Under the pieces are notes generated by a model, which had not been told where the DNA came from, did no database searches, and saw only the letters and a program-made list of their open reading frames with translations. A stretch of 64,000 bases of DNA, taken from positions 288,001 to 352,000 of the forward strand of contig CAVRJO010000001.1 in the NCBI GenBank assembly GCA_963722255.1. Direction: 5' to 3'. Origin of the DNA: Candidatus Babeliales bacterium (lineage in GTDB: Bacteria > Babelota > Babeliae > Babelales > JANWKD01). This document shows, one piece after another, positions 7,930 to 18,266 of the stretch. Both the position numbers and the translations under genes were made by a program. Numbering within the stretch: position 1 is the first letter of the stretch; every line of letters starts with the position of its first letter.

Positions 7930-9366
7930 ATGCTCGAAAATAAAGTACAAGCCATTGTTTTAGCCGCTGGCCGATCAACGCGTTTTAACTCGGGAAGAAC
8001 AAAATTAGCTGAAAGAATCTGCGGACAAGAAATGATTCTTTACGCGACAACTCTCCTACAGAATATCAAAATACCAACAACGGTAGTTACCGGTTATGCT
8101 CGAGAAACTGTTGAGTCAATTATTAGCAAACGTCATGAAACAGCGATTAATTTTGTAGTACAAGAAGAACAAAATGGTACTGGCCATGCACTACTTTGTA
8201 CAAAATCGGTCTGGAATAAAGAAGCAATACTTATAATTAATGGTGATATGCCCTTAATAACTAAAGATGTTATTGAACAGCTTTCTCAAAAACATTTTGA
8301 ATCTAATGCACACATTACCTTTGTTACGGCACACAATTCTGACCCTTCATTAAAAGGATATGGTAGGGTTGTACAAGAAGATCACAAAATACGCATTATT
8401 GAGCCAAAAGAGTTTCATGGCGATACCCATGAACATTGCTGCATTAATGCAGGTATCTATATGTTTAGCAAAAATTTTTTACTACAAAGCATTGAAAAGC
8501 TCAAACGAAGTGCTGTAACTAATGAATTTTATTTAACTGATCTTATTAAAATTGCAAGTGATGAAGATAAAATAATCAAAACGCTCAATGTACCTTTTGA
8601 TACTGTTCGTGGTGTCAATGATTTTAAAGAATTGTGGACTGTTGAACAGATTAAGCGCTCAGAAATAATAAGCCAATGGATGTCTCAAGGCGTACGCTTT
8701 TATTCGGCGCAAAATGTTCATATTGATCTTGATGCAACAATTGGAACAGGCTCACATATTGGCGCAGGTGTACACATCATTAATGGTTCACAGATAGGAT
8801 CAAATTGCCAAATCGAAGCATTCTCAATTATCAACAACAGTAAAATTGGTGATAATGTTATAGTATATGCTAATTCAATTATAACCGATTCTCATATAGA
8901 AGAATCTTGCCAAATTGGTCCTTTTGCTCATATAGAAGCAAATTCTGTAGTAAAGCACCACACCATAATTGGTAATTTTGTTCAGGTCAAAAAAAGTAGT
9001 ATTGGCGACCATACAAAAGCAAAACATCTTTCATTTATTGGCAATGCCCAAATAGGTAATCATGTCAATATTGGTGCAGGAACAATAACCTGCAATTATG
9101 ATGGCGTACATAAACATACTACCACAATAGAAGACAACGCATTTATTGGCAGCAATAATACTCTTATCGCACCTCTTACTATCAATAAGAATAGCTATAC
9201 AGCGGCAGGATCAGTCATTACAAATACTGTTCCTGAAAATGCTCTTGCAATAGCTCGATCTCGACAAATTAATAAAGAAGGATATGCTCAAAAGATAAAA
9301 AATAGTGCACCATCGCCTTATATTGCCGCTATCAAAACAAATTCTAGCCATATTGAAGGAACATGA
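7930..9366 (+). CDS. glmU: Bifunctional UDP-GlcNAc pyrophosphorylase / glucosamine-1-P acetyltransferase
   Basis: LAAGRSTR, QxEQNGTGHA, NAGIY, hexapeptide repeats and NIGAGTITCNYDG. Confidence 0.95.
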   Translation: MLENKVQAIVLAAGRSTRFNSGRTKLAERICGQEMILYATTLLQNIKIPTTVVTGYARETVESIISKRHETAINFVVQEEQNGTGHALLCTKSVWNKEAILIINGDMPLITKDVIEQLSQKHFESNAHITFVTAHNSDPSLKGYGRVVQEDHKIRIIEPKEFHGDTHEHCCINAGIYMFSKNFLLQSIEKLKRSAVTNEFYLTDLIKIASDEDKIIKTLNVPFDTVRGVNDFKELWTVEQIKRSEIISQWMSQGVRFYSAQNVHIDLDATIGTGSHIGAGVHIINGSQIGSNCQIEAFSIINNSKIGDNVIVYANSIITDSHIEESCQIGPFAHIEANSVVKHHTIIGNFVQVKKSSIGDHTKAKHLSFIGNAQIGNHVNIGAGTITCNYDGVHKHTTTIEDNAFIGSNNTLIAPLTINKNSYTAAGSVITNTVPENALAIARSRQINKEGYAQKIKNSAPSPYIAAIKTNSSHIEGT

Positions 9367-10604
9367 TTCGTTTTATCCACACCGCTGATATTCATTTTGG
9401 AATGGAAAATTATGGTAAAATCGATCCAAAAACCGGAATTCATACACGATTATTAGATTTTGAAAAAGCACTTAACTTTTGCATTGATTATGCTATAGAA
9501 AATCAAGTTGATTTTTTTCTATTCTCCGGAGATGCGTATAAAACCATTAATCCGAGTCCCACTCAGCAACGCTTACTAATGCGTTGCTTTTTAAGGCTCT
9601 ATAAAGCTAAAATACCTATCGTAATTATTGTTGGTAATCATGATAACCCTCTAAGTTTTGGTAAAGCTAGTTCGCTTGATATTTTTGGAGAACTACCAGT
9701 AGATGGATTTCATGTTATAGCAAAACCAACTTCCTTTGTTCTGCAAACAAAAAGTGGACCGATACAAATTGTAGGAATCCCTTGGCCTAATAGATCAAAT
9801 ATTACGAGCACGCAACAACATTCTTCAAAATCAACAACGATGCTTACAGAGTATATAGCAGAAGCAATTGGTAACCTTATCCAAGATTTTGCACATAAAC
9901 TTGATCCAACAGTACCTGCGGTACTTGCTGGACATTTAACCGTAAGCTCAGGAATATTTTCAGGGTCTGAAAAACGTGCAATCTATGGCAATGATCCTGT
10001 TCTTATGCCTTCTCAATTAGCAATTGCACCTTTTGATTATGTCGCCCTTGGTCATCTTCATCGCTATCAAAATCTCAATCCCAATGGTTATCCTGCAATT
10101 GTTTATTCAGGCTCTATTGAACGTGTTGATTTTGGTGAACGAAAAGAAGATAAAGGCTTTTGTATGGTTACTTTAGAAAAAAAAGGAACTACTTCTCATG
10201 AATTTATCAAAACACCAATGCGCCCATTCATTCAAATTGAAATTAAACTCAACAGCGCAGCAGATCAAACAGAACAGCTGCTTGATGAACTTAAAAAATA
10301 TACAATCACAGATTCGATAGTAAAAGTTATTTATCATGTTCCAAGCGGCATAAAGGATTCAGTTGATTTGCAAAAAATAGTACACGCATGTTCATCAGCG
10401 CTCTATCTTGTGAGCATTACTCCTGTACGTTCAGTTGAATGCCGTGAAAAACGATCACTTATGAACAACTCTATGGATTTTTTAGCCATATTAGAAACAT
10501 ATTTCAATGCAAAAGACGAACTAAAACATAAAAAAAATGAGCTTATACAAAAAACGATGGAACTACATAATGAAATTTCTGACTTAGAACAAGAAACAAT
10601 CTAA
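9363..10604 (+). CDS. sbcD: Exonuclease SbcD / Mre11-like metallophosphoesterase
   Basis: HTADIHFG, SGD, GNHD, DYVALGHLH and YSGS motifs. Confidence 0.9.
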   Translation: MIRFIHTADIHFGMENYGKIDPKTGIHTRLLDFEKALNFCIDYAIENQVDFFLFSGDAYKTINPSPTQQRLLMRCFLRLYKAKIPIVIIVGNHDNPLSFGKASSLDIFGELPVDGFHVIAKPTSFVLQTKSGPIQIVGIPWPNRSNITSTQQHSSKSTTMLTEYIAEAIGNLIQDFAHKLDPTVPAVLAGHLTVSSGIFSGSEKRAIYGNDPVLMPSQLAIAPFDYVALGHLHRYQNLNPNGYPAIVYSGSIERVDFGERKEDKGFCMVTLEKKGTTSHEFIKTPMRPFIQIEIKLNSAADQTEQLLDELKKYTITDSIVKVIYHVPSGIKDSVDLQKIVHACSSALYLVSITPVRSVECREKRSLMNNSMDFLAILETYFNAKDELKHKKNELIQKTMELHNEISDLEQETI

Positions 10605-10683
10605 CTATTTTTGCCATCACTTTACAAATACCAGCATTGGCTTGCTACTATTTTTGAAGAATCAAAAACAAGAGGACAATCGT

Positions 10684-12057
10684 ATGATTATATATTTTTG
10701 TTTTTTTTGCAGCATATATTTTTCAGTGATCGGATGCATGGAAATAGAAAAAGCCTCCGATTATGATCTATCTTCTGAAAGCTTTAGCATCGAAAACCAT
10801 TATAAAGGAATCTATACTAATCTTGGCGACATTTATAAGGATATACCCTTACTCATTGAAGCAGCACCTACAAATAAAAAAGCCCTTTTATCACTCATTA
10901 GTTATTTTGAAACCATTCGTTTCGTTTTTGATTTTTTTGCCTATCAAACACCGCATACGCAGGCTCTACTCACAAACATTCCCTGGCAACAATTTCCTCT
11001 TAAAGAGTTACAACAACAAACTCCGGAGACTCCCGATGAAAAATATTATTATGGCATTTTATATTATTGTAACCGTTTAAAAAAGTATCGAATAGGTACA
11101 AAAAATAGTAGAAAACGTGGATTATCTTTGCTAGAAGAATCTGCAAACGCCGGTTTTCTCAAAGCGATGCATTATCTTGGAACTATTGCTCGATTAGAAA
11201 AAAATAAAACTAAGGCTCTTTCTTGGAACAGTAAAGCAAGCGAAGAAGATTATATTCCTTCTATTTTTGAATTAGGTTATATGATGCTTAAAAATACCGA
11301 TGATCAACAAAAAATCTCGCAAGCAGTTTCATATATTACAAAAGCAGCTGATAGTAACTATGCAACAGCACACTTTTATTTGGCCCTGCTTTATGATTCT
11401 AAAACGCGTTTTACCTCATTTACCGATACTGCAAAAGCACAATTTCATTATAAACATGCTGCCAGCTTAGGTTGCTTGCAAGCTCAACACAATCTTGGCA
11501 TGATCTGTTTACAAGGAACAGAAAAAAATAATGATATCATAGAAGGATTGCATACTATTAATAAAGCGGCACGTTGTGGATATGCACCATCACAAACCTA
11601 CCTAGGATTGCTCTATTGTTCAGGAATATATCTAAATAGAAATCCTTTGAAAGGAATCGAACTTCTTACTCATGCAGCAGTTCAAGATAATAGTGCTGCA
11701 TGCTTTCATCTTGCTAAGATATATATATTAGGAGATATAACTAATCAAGATATCCCCAAGGGAATTAAATTACTCAATAAATCTGTTAATGCAAATAATA
11801 TACATGCTCAATATCAATTAGGTATTTTTTACCTACATGCTATACATGTAGATAAAAACACCAATAAAGCAGTTCAATTACTTTCAAAATCTGCCTCTAA
11901 AGGATATTGTAATGCACAATATGTATTAGGAAAACTTTACACCGAAGGAACAATTATCAAACAAGATAACGATCTCGGCAAAAAATTATTAAATGCTGCA
12001 GCTGAACAAAATTATCAAGAGGCCATTGAATACCTCAAAAATCATGAAATTACCTAA
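10684..12057 (+). CDS. Secreted Sel1-repeat protein
   Basis: Signal-like N-terminus and about 8 repeats of A(Q)xxLGxxY...G...AA. Confidence 0.85.
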   Translation: MIIYFCFFCSIYFSVIGCMEIEKASDYDLSSESFSIENHYKGIYTNLGDIYKDIPLLIEAAPTNKKALLSLISYFETIRFVFDFFAYQTPHTQALLTNIPWQQFPLKELQQQTPETPDEKYYYGILYYCNRLKKYRIGTKNSRKRGLSLLEESANAGFLKAMHYLGTIARLEKNKTKALSWNSKASEEDYIPSIFELGYMMLKNTDDQQKISQAVSYITKAADSNYATAHFYLALLYDSKTRFTSFTDTAKAQFHYKHAASLGCLQAQHNLGMICLQGTEKNNDIIEGLHTINKAARCGYAPSQTYLGLLYCSGIYLNRNPLKGIELLTHAAVQDNSAACFHLAKIYILGDITNQDIPKGIKLLNKSVNANNIHAQYQLGIFYLHAIHVDKNTNKAVQLLSKSASKGYCNAQYVLGKLYTEGTIIKQDNDLGKKLLNAAAEQNYQEAIEYLKNHEIT

Positions 12058-12965
12058 CGAGCCTTTTCACTAATATGCTTTCGATCATCTACAAAAATAA
12101 GTGATGCAGTTTTATAAAGTTCATCAATATAGGTATCAAAGACTTCTTTAAATTTAGGTTCACGCAAATAATCAACAATTTCCCGATACCGCTCTTCCAA
12201 CGTAAGTAATCTACGTCCTTTTTTATCTTTCAAGCGATAAATTTCATAGCCATTGGAAACCCTTTGTGGTTTTGAAATTGCACCAATTTCCATAAAAGTA
12301 ATAAATTTTTTATCTTCAGCTAAATCGTTTTCATTAACCCATAACGGGACGCCCCACATTACATCAAGCTCATTATGTTCAATCTGATCCATGAGGTAAG
12401 AGCATTGTTCTTCTTGTTTAATAGGATCTCGCGAAAAGAAGGGCACAAACGCGACTTCCACTTGAAAATGAGCTTCTTCATATTTAGGATTTTTAGCATA
12501 TTCGTTTTCAACATCTTGCAATGCAATAATGATACGTGCCTTTACTTTAAGATCAATCATTGTAGCATTGGCGCCCATCTTTTGTAGTTTAAATCTGCCT
12601 TCTTCGGGAGTTAATCCTGCGCCTTCAAAAATATGTTCAACTTCTTTATCGCCAATATTATGATTCTTTTTAATAGAACGAATATAACGATCGGCGTAAT
12701 CATCAATAGGAATTCTATGCTTTAATGCATCTTGGTAAATCAACTCTTCAATAATTAAATCTTCAATAGCCGGCTTGCGCCCATCAATTCCAACACGATC
12801 CAATTCCGATTGACATATAAGATATCTTCGTTCCGGTCCATCAACTATAACCACAACTTTATCAATTGGAATAAGATTTGCCTCTTGAGTCGCATATGTT
12901 CTTGGCAACATAAAAAATAGACTCATATATAAAAATAAGCTAAATACGCTCATGATTTTTTTCAT
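12054..12965 (-). CDS. SurA-like periplasmic chaperone
   Basis: Signal peptide, IDKVVVIV, LIIEELIYQDA and a parvulin-like GAISKP...GYEIYRL. Confidence 0.65.
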   Translation of the reverse strand: MKKIMSVFSLFLYMSLFFMLPRTYATQEANLIPIDKVVVIVDGPERRYLICQSELDRVGIDGRKPAIEDLIIEELIYQDALKHRIPIDDYADRYIRSIKKNHNIGDKEVEHIFEGAGLTPEEGRFKLQKMGANATMIDLKVKARIIIALQDVENEYAKNPKYEEAHFQVEVAFVPFFSRDPIKQEEQCSYLMDQIEHNELDVMWGVPLWVNENDLAEDKKFITFMEIGAISKPQRVSNGYEIYRLKDKKGRRLLTLEERYREIVDYLREPKFKEVFDTYIDELYKTASLIFVDDRKHISEKAR

Positions 12966-12979
12966 AATACCCTCTTATA

Positions 12980-13016
12980 ATCAAAAAGGGAATTTATTAC
13001 AAATTCCCTTTTTGAT
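12980..13016. terminator. Intrinsic terminator
   Basis: Perfect 16-bp stem atcaaaaagggaattt / aaattccctttttgat with a 5-nt loop. Confidence 0.8.
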
Positions 13017-13042
13017 CTAATTTAGTTTGTTACTTAAAACTT

Positions 13043-14104
13043 TTAAGCTGCCTTCATAGGAGCAGGAGCAGGTTTCTTTTCTTCCTGTTCTTTTTGCATT
13101 GCTTCTGCAGCTTTTTGCGCTTTTTCTTCTTGCGCTTTTTTTTCTCGTTCAAAATACTCTTTATTGGTAACCGCTTTGTACTCTTTTTTAAGTTTATCGA
13201 TTTCCTTGGTAAGAACTTCAGCGCCTTTTTGTTGTTTTAAAAGGTTTTCAATACCCGGCTTAACTTGTTCATAAGGAACATAGCTCGGTTCTGTTTTCTT
13301 AACTGCCTTTACAACAGCAAATGAGTTACCATTAACGGTAATAAGCTCAACGGTTGGGAACTTTTTCAATTCAATCAGTTTAGAACGAATTGCGCCGTCA
13401 ACATCATAACTTTGGCTGTTAACTTCACCAAGATCTTTAACGGTGAGATTAGATTCTTTAGCAATTCCATCAAAGTTCGTTTTTGCATCTTTTACTTTAG
13501 CAAAGAAGGCTTCTGCCGCATCTTTATTGTCAAACATTACCGCTTTAGCCTCGACACCACCAGGAGCAGCCATTAATTGTGGAATTGAATTCTTATTTTC
13601 TTCGTAATATGCTTTTATTTCTGCATCCGTTACAACAATTGGATGTTTTTCTTGGAAATGTTTTACATTTAAACTGCGACGAGCATACTTCATAATTTTA
13701 TCTAAATCATCCTTGTATGCAGGACTTTCAGCAATTTTATTTTTTGCTGCCCATTCTTCAAGAACAGCCTCATTAACTAAACTTTCAAAAATTTGTTCAT
13801 TTGCACCAGGCATAAACTCAATTATAGAAGCATAATTTGGTTGAGCTTCAAGAAGTTCATTTTTATAATTTTGAAAATCCTTCGTTGTAAGTCTTGGAAC
13901 TTTTTCATCATAGAGGGTTAATAAGATTTCGCCACCCGCTACTCCTGTTCCAGTAGCCGGTTTAGCAGCACCGGTTAATGCTTCTGCAGAACGCGTGGCC
14001 GTCACCTCTTTTTTTTCTTCTTGTCCTTTAAAAAAATCGCAATTGGGTAACAGAATTAAAGCTCCCACTAAGAATGCGCTACTAAAAACAGTAACTTTAT
14101 TCAT
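13043..14104 (-). CDS. PpiC-type peptidyl-prolyl isomerase (PrsA/SurA-like lipoprotein)
   Basis: Lipobox-like LPNC; VTDAEIKAYYEEN, FDGIAKE, DLG and YEQVKPGIENLL. Confidence 0.75.
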   Translation of the reverse strand: MNKVTVFSSAFLVGALILLPNCDFFKGQEEKKEVTATRSAEALTGAAKPATGTGVAGGEILLTLYDEKVPRLTTKDFQNYKNELLEAQPNYASIIEFMPGANEQIFESLVNEAVLEEWAAKNKIAESPAYKDDLDKIMKYARRSLNVKHFQEKHPIVVTDAEIKAYYEENKNSIPQLMAAPGGVEAKAVMFDNKDAAEAFFAKVKDAKTNFDGIAKESNLTVKDLGEVNSQSYDVDGAIRSKLIELKKFPTVELITVNGNSFAVVKAVKKTEPSYVPYEQVKPGIENLLKQQKGAEVLTKEIDKLKKEYKAVTNKEYFEREKKAQEEKAQKAAEAMQKEQEEKKPAPAPMKAA

Positions 14105-14196
14105 CTGTTTTTCCTTTTCTTTAATATTTTTTGTTTATTTTTTCCTTACTGCAGTCAAGATACCATATATTACTGAGAGTTGCAAAAGTGATCCAT

Positions 14197-14865
14197 CTAA
14201 CATGTTCGCGAAGCAACAACTGCATCAATTGAGGCGGGTTTCAACTGCTGTAATAGCCGTGCAGCTTTTTTAAGCGTTGAACCCGTAGTCATCAAATCAT
14301 CAACTAAAAGAAAACGTTTACCGGCATAAACTAAACCATTATTTGCTACGCATAAACTAAATGCATGGGCTACGTTGTCCTCACGTTCATCAACGGGTAA
14401 TGAAGATTGAAACACAGTTCTCCGATTTCTTTTTAAAAGGCAGGCGACAGGCTTACCACTCTTTCTTGCAAGAATATACGCTATTTCTTCTGCTTGATTA
14501 TATCCTCGATAAGCATACCGCGTCCAATGCAAAGGGATAGGAACAATATAATCAAATTCTAGAGTAGCCAACGGCGTCATTGACCAGATTAATTCACCTA
14601 ACTGCTTGCTTGCTAATCGTTGCGATTGAATTTTTGCTAAAATTAAAGATTTTATGGGTTCTTGATACCCCGAAATAGCAAAAACTCTCATCGAAGTTTT
14701 TGGTGTAATAATCAAGCTTATTGAAACGATTGGCTGAATGGTAGCTAAACAAACAGTACACAATATTGTAGATTCTTGAAGCAGTTTTTTGCACTGAACA
14801 CAAAATGGTGGACACACAAGCCATATACAGAAATTTAAAAATTTTTTAATAATTTTAGAAAACAT
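14197..14865 (-). CDS. comF: ComF family competence / phosphoribosyltransferase-like protein
   Basis: CxxC..CxxC zinc ribbon, VPIPLH, RGYNQA and LLVDDLMTTGST. Confidence 0.88.
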   Translation of the reverse strand: MFSKIIKKFLNFCIWLVCPPFCVQCKKLLQESTILCTVCLATIQPIVSISLIITPKTSMRVFAISGYQEPIKSLILAKIQSQRLASKQLGELIWSMTPLATLEFDYIVPIPLHWTRYAYRGYNQAEEIAYILARKSGKPVACLLKRNRRTVFQSSLPVDEREDNVAHAFSLCVANNGLVYAGKRFLLVDDLMTTGSTLKKAARLLQQLKPASIDAVVASRTC

Positions 14866-15304
14866 AATAAAGCAGCAAACGAAGAAGAATATTACTGAGT
14901 AAACCAGCCACAACATCATCAAGTAGAATACCAGAAGCACCCGGCAATTTTTCCATCCATCCTACTACGCCAAATTTACTAATATCAAAAAATCGAAAGA
15001 GTATACAACCACCTAGTAAGGATATCGGGCAAAGAGGCACAGCACAAAACGTAACAAGAGAACCTAGAACCTCATCGATAACGATTTCAGATGGATCTTC
15101 ATCATGATAGCTGATCAGAATCTTTTGAATACAAATATGTGCAATCACATAGCATAAACCCATGAGTGCTATATAGATATAGTTGGATGATTTTGGTAAC
15201 AAGCTTAACATACCTACTGTAGCAATCGTGGCTACAGTTCCCGATGCTGGAAAATAACCAAGTGGCCCCACTGTAGCATACCAGGAATACAGCTTAGCGT
15301 TCAT
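14855..15304 (-). CDS. pgpA: Phosphatidylglycerophosphatase A
   Basis: GYFPASGT, DPSEIVIDEV, FRFFDISK and GILLDDVVAG. Confidence 0.92.
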   Translation of the reverse strand: MNAKLYSWYATVGPLGYFPASGTVATIATVGMLSLLPKSSNYIYIALMGLCYVIAHICIQKILISYHDEDPSEIVIDEVLGSLVTFCAVPLCPISLLGGCILFRFFDISKFGVVGWMEKLPGASGILLDDVVAGLLSNILLRLLLYYVF

Positions 15305-15776
15305 CAGAAAAAAGCCCTGTCAACATCATACCAAGAATACCGGTAACAATAACGAGATCCGCTATATTAAAAACAGGCCACGAAAATGATTTATAAGAAA
15401 GTAAAATAAAATCAACAACGCCACCATAGAGTAATCGATCTAAAAGATTTGAAAAAGCACCTGCGCATACCATGAGTTCACACATCACACCAAAATTGTT
15501 ATGATACCGGACAAATGAATATAAACAAAACGCCATAATACACACTGCTATAAGACCCGTCAAAATGCTAAAAACAAGTGTACTTTCTGAGTGAAACATT
15601 GACCAGGATATACCTCGATTATACTGCAAGGTAAACATGATATAATCATTCACAACATAAGGCTCTTGTAGAGAGCGCATGATATATTTGGTAATTCTAT
15701 CAACACTAAAGATGGAAAGAACTAAGGCGCTATACCAAAAAAGAATACGATTCGATCGAGAATGTGTAATGTTCAT
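15294..15776 (-). CDS. lspA: Lipoprotein signal peptidase II
   Basis: DRITK, NRGISW, GAFSNLLDR, VVDFI and PVFNIAD. Confidence 0.93.
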   Translation of the reverse strand: MNITHSRSNRILFWYSALVLSIFSVDRITKYIMRSLQEPYVVNDYIMFTLQYNRGISWSMFHSESTLVFSILTGLIAVCIMAFCLYSFVRYHNNFGVMCELMVCAGAFSNLLDRLLYGGVVDFILLSYKSFSWPVFNIADLVIVTGILGMMLTGLFSDER

Positions 15777-18127
15777 CTGATTTCAACTCCCAGCAGTTCT
15801 AATGCATGCACCACATAGCCATATAACGTCTCTATATCTTCAGAGCTCAATGTTTTGTGAGGATCACGTGCAAAAAAACGTATTGTAATAGACCGTTTAT
15901 CAACCCACTCCTCTTTTTGAAAGAAGTCTAGAAGCTCCACATTAAAAATTGAGGAACTTGCTTGTTTTATCCTATCAATAAGTGCCTGAACCGTAATTGA
16001 TAACGGTACAAACATACTAATATCGCGCCAAGTATCCTGATATTTAGCAAGCGGTGTAAAGATACATTCTTTAGGCGTTAACCCAAGAAGGACATCTCCA
16101 TTAAACTCAAAAATAAACGCATCTCCTGGTAAAAATGGCGCAATAAATCCAGGATTGACAGAACCGGCAACGCCAATAACTTTTTCTTTATATACTAAAA
16201 ATGCTGTTTTATAAGGATGGTACCAAGGAGCATAATCCTCCGTTGCTTTTATCCATTCAATCTCAAGATTGAGTACCTTGAAAAGACGAACCAGAAGATC
16301 TTTTTTTTCATAAAAATCTACCGAATGTTTTTCATCAAAAAATATTCCTGCACAACTTGCAACCTCTACTTCTTGGCCATACACTTTTGTTAGAAAATCA
16401 TCTTGAGGCCAAATCTTGTTCCATTCAAAAAAGTTACACTGATTTTCATATGCTTTATTTACATGAACAACTTTAAATAAGTTAGGAACCAAACTGGTTA
16501 CCAAGCGAACCATTTGCTCAGAAATTGGATTTTTAAGTGATAACCCTTTTTTGGGTTGCCAATTAATCATTCTTAGAAATTCTTCATCATATAAAGCATA
16601 ATTACGCACTTCATGAGCTTGGGCGGTGTAGGCTAAAAACTTTTTAATAGTATCTATTTTCTCAAGAACTTCCGAATTTGTTGGCCTCAATGGTAAACAG
16701 GGCAGCTGATGAGGAATGTTGTCATACCCAAAAAATCTACCAACTTCTTCAATAATATCTTCAGCAAGAGTAACATCCTTTGCCCTAAAAGAGGGAACCG
16801 TAATGGTATATGCTTCTTTTTTTGCATCGTACTGTACACCAAAGCCGAGCGCATTGAGTATTCTTACTACAAATTCGTATTCAATGAAAGTGCCTAACTT
16901 TTTTTCAATCATTTCGTGTGTAAGCGTTATATGAACTATTTTTCGATCATAGCCGCTAGATACTATAGGTCCCTGAGCGGTATACGGAATGGAGTTTTTA
17001 TCCAGAATATGTAAAAACCTCTGCAATGCAGGTATTATTTGAAGCGGATCTAATGTTTTTTCAAACCGAGTTGATGATTCCGTACGCAACTTATACTGCG
17101 CTGCAGTCGTTCGTAATGATGCTGCATTATAATGAGCCGCTTCAATAATTAATGAACTTGTATTTTGGTTCACCGCACTTCCTGCGCCGCCCATTATTCC
17201 CGCTAGTGATAATGGTTTTAAGCCATTGGTTATTACCAAAGCATGTGAAGTAAGTTCAATAGTCTGTCCATCAAGGAGCATAAGCTCCTGGCCACTATGA
17301 GCATGTGCGACAACGAGCTTTTTATCATCAAAAAAAGCACCATCAAATGCATGCATAGGCTGGCCAAGGTCAAACATAACATAGTTTGTTGCATCAACAA
17401 GCGCATTAATCGGTTTACTATCTACACGCACTAAACGGTGCGCTAACGATAAAATCGAAGGACGAAACTCTATTTTTGGTATATATAATGCCGATAGATG
17501 GCTACATTCCTTTGCTTCTAACGCTATGCTCAAGGGTACGGTTTTGTTGTTCTTCTCTGCATCAACAGTATAAATAGGATAATCGGTCAGAAAATGTTTC
17601 TCATCAATTAATGCACATCCCAACAAGGCTGCAATTTCGCGGGCAAATCCTCGATGTGACCATAAGTCTGGACGATGCGTAATTGAAGTATTTCCTATAG
17701 CAATAACATAATCATCTTTTTCAAATAGTTCTTTCCATCCGCCGGCTAATTCAGTTTCAGTAACATATAAAGCAGGTAATGCTCCCTCTTTTGCACCACC
17801 AAAATCACTAGGGATCGCTAAACGCCATCCCTTTGTTTCTTGTTTAAGGAGATAAAAACTGCTGTTTAGCAGTTGATTCGAGCTATGCAGAACTATCTCT
17901 TGCTTAAGCTCTTTGCTGTATGCAGTATACTGTTCCGCTGTTTGTGCCGTTATTTGTACTAAGGTCAAGTGCGAAAGATCGGTTGAATAGTACTCATACC
18001 CTTCAACTTCAGCGGTTGTTGCATGCAACTTTTGTATCAAATGCGGTATATCATGTTCGCGCCAGGAGGAGGCTATGTGGTCAAAAATCCAGGACAAAGA
18101 GAGCTTCATAGGTTTATTTACTTTCAA
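15773..18127 (-). CDS. pheT: Phenylalanine-tRNA ligase beta subunit
   Basis: HRPDLWSHRGFAREIAA, DATNYVMFDLGQPMHAFD, DIIEEVGRFFGYDNI and a C-terminal FDX-ACB domain. Confidence 0.92.
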   Translation of the reverse strand: MKVNKPMKLSLSWIFDHIASSWREHDIPHLIQKLHATTAEVEGYEYYSTDLSHLTLVQITAQTAEQYTAYSKELKQEIVLHSSNQLLNSSFYLLKQETKGWRLAIPSDFGGAKEGALPALYVTETELAGGWKELFEKDDYVIAIGNTSITHRPDLWSHRGFAREIAALLGCALIDEKHFLTDYPIYTVDAEKNNKTVPLSIALEAKECSHLSALYIPKIEFRPSILSLAHRLVRVDSKPINALVDATNYVMFDLGQPMHAFDGAFFDDKKLVVAHAHSGQELMLLDGQTIELTSHALVITNGLKPLSLAGIMGGAGSAVNQNTSSLIIEAAHYNAASLRTTAAQYKLRTESSTRFEKTLDPLQIIPALQRFLHILDKNSIPYTAQGPIVSSGYDRKIVHITLTHEMIEKKLGTFIEYEFVVRILNALGFGVQYDAKKEAYTITVPSFRAKDVTLAEDIIEEVGRFFGYDNIPHQLPCLPLRPTNSEVLEKIDTIKKFLAYTAQAHEVRNYALYDEEFLRMINWQPKKGLSLKNPISEQMVRLVTSLVPNLFKVVHVNKAYENQCNFFEWNKIWPQDDFLTKVYGQEVEVASCAGIFFDEKHSVDFYEKKDLLVRLFKVLNLEIEWIKATEDYAPWYHPYKTAFLVYKEKVIGVAGSVNPGFIAPFLPGDAFIFEFNGDVLLGLTPKECIFTPLAKYQDTWRDISMFVPLSITVQALIDRIKQASSSIFNVELLDFFQKEEWVDKRSITIRFFARDPHKTLSSEDIETLYGYVVHALELLGVEIR

Positions 18128-18266
18128 GGAGAATAGAACGTTGTAAACTTCTTAGATAGTTCTATTCTACGCTAAAAAGTAAGAAGCTTCAATTGCGGCG
18201 TTTAAGCCAGATAGGGTTGCACAATTTCTTGTACAACCCATGCTAATGCAATGTTAAACATCAAGA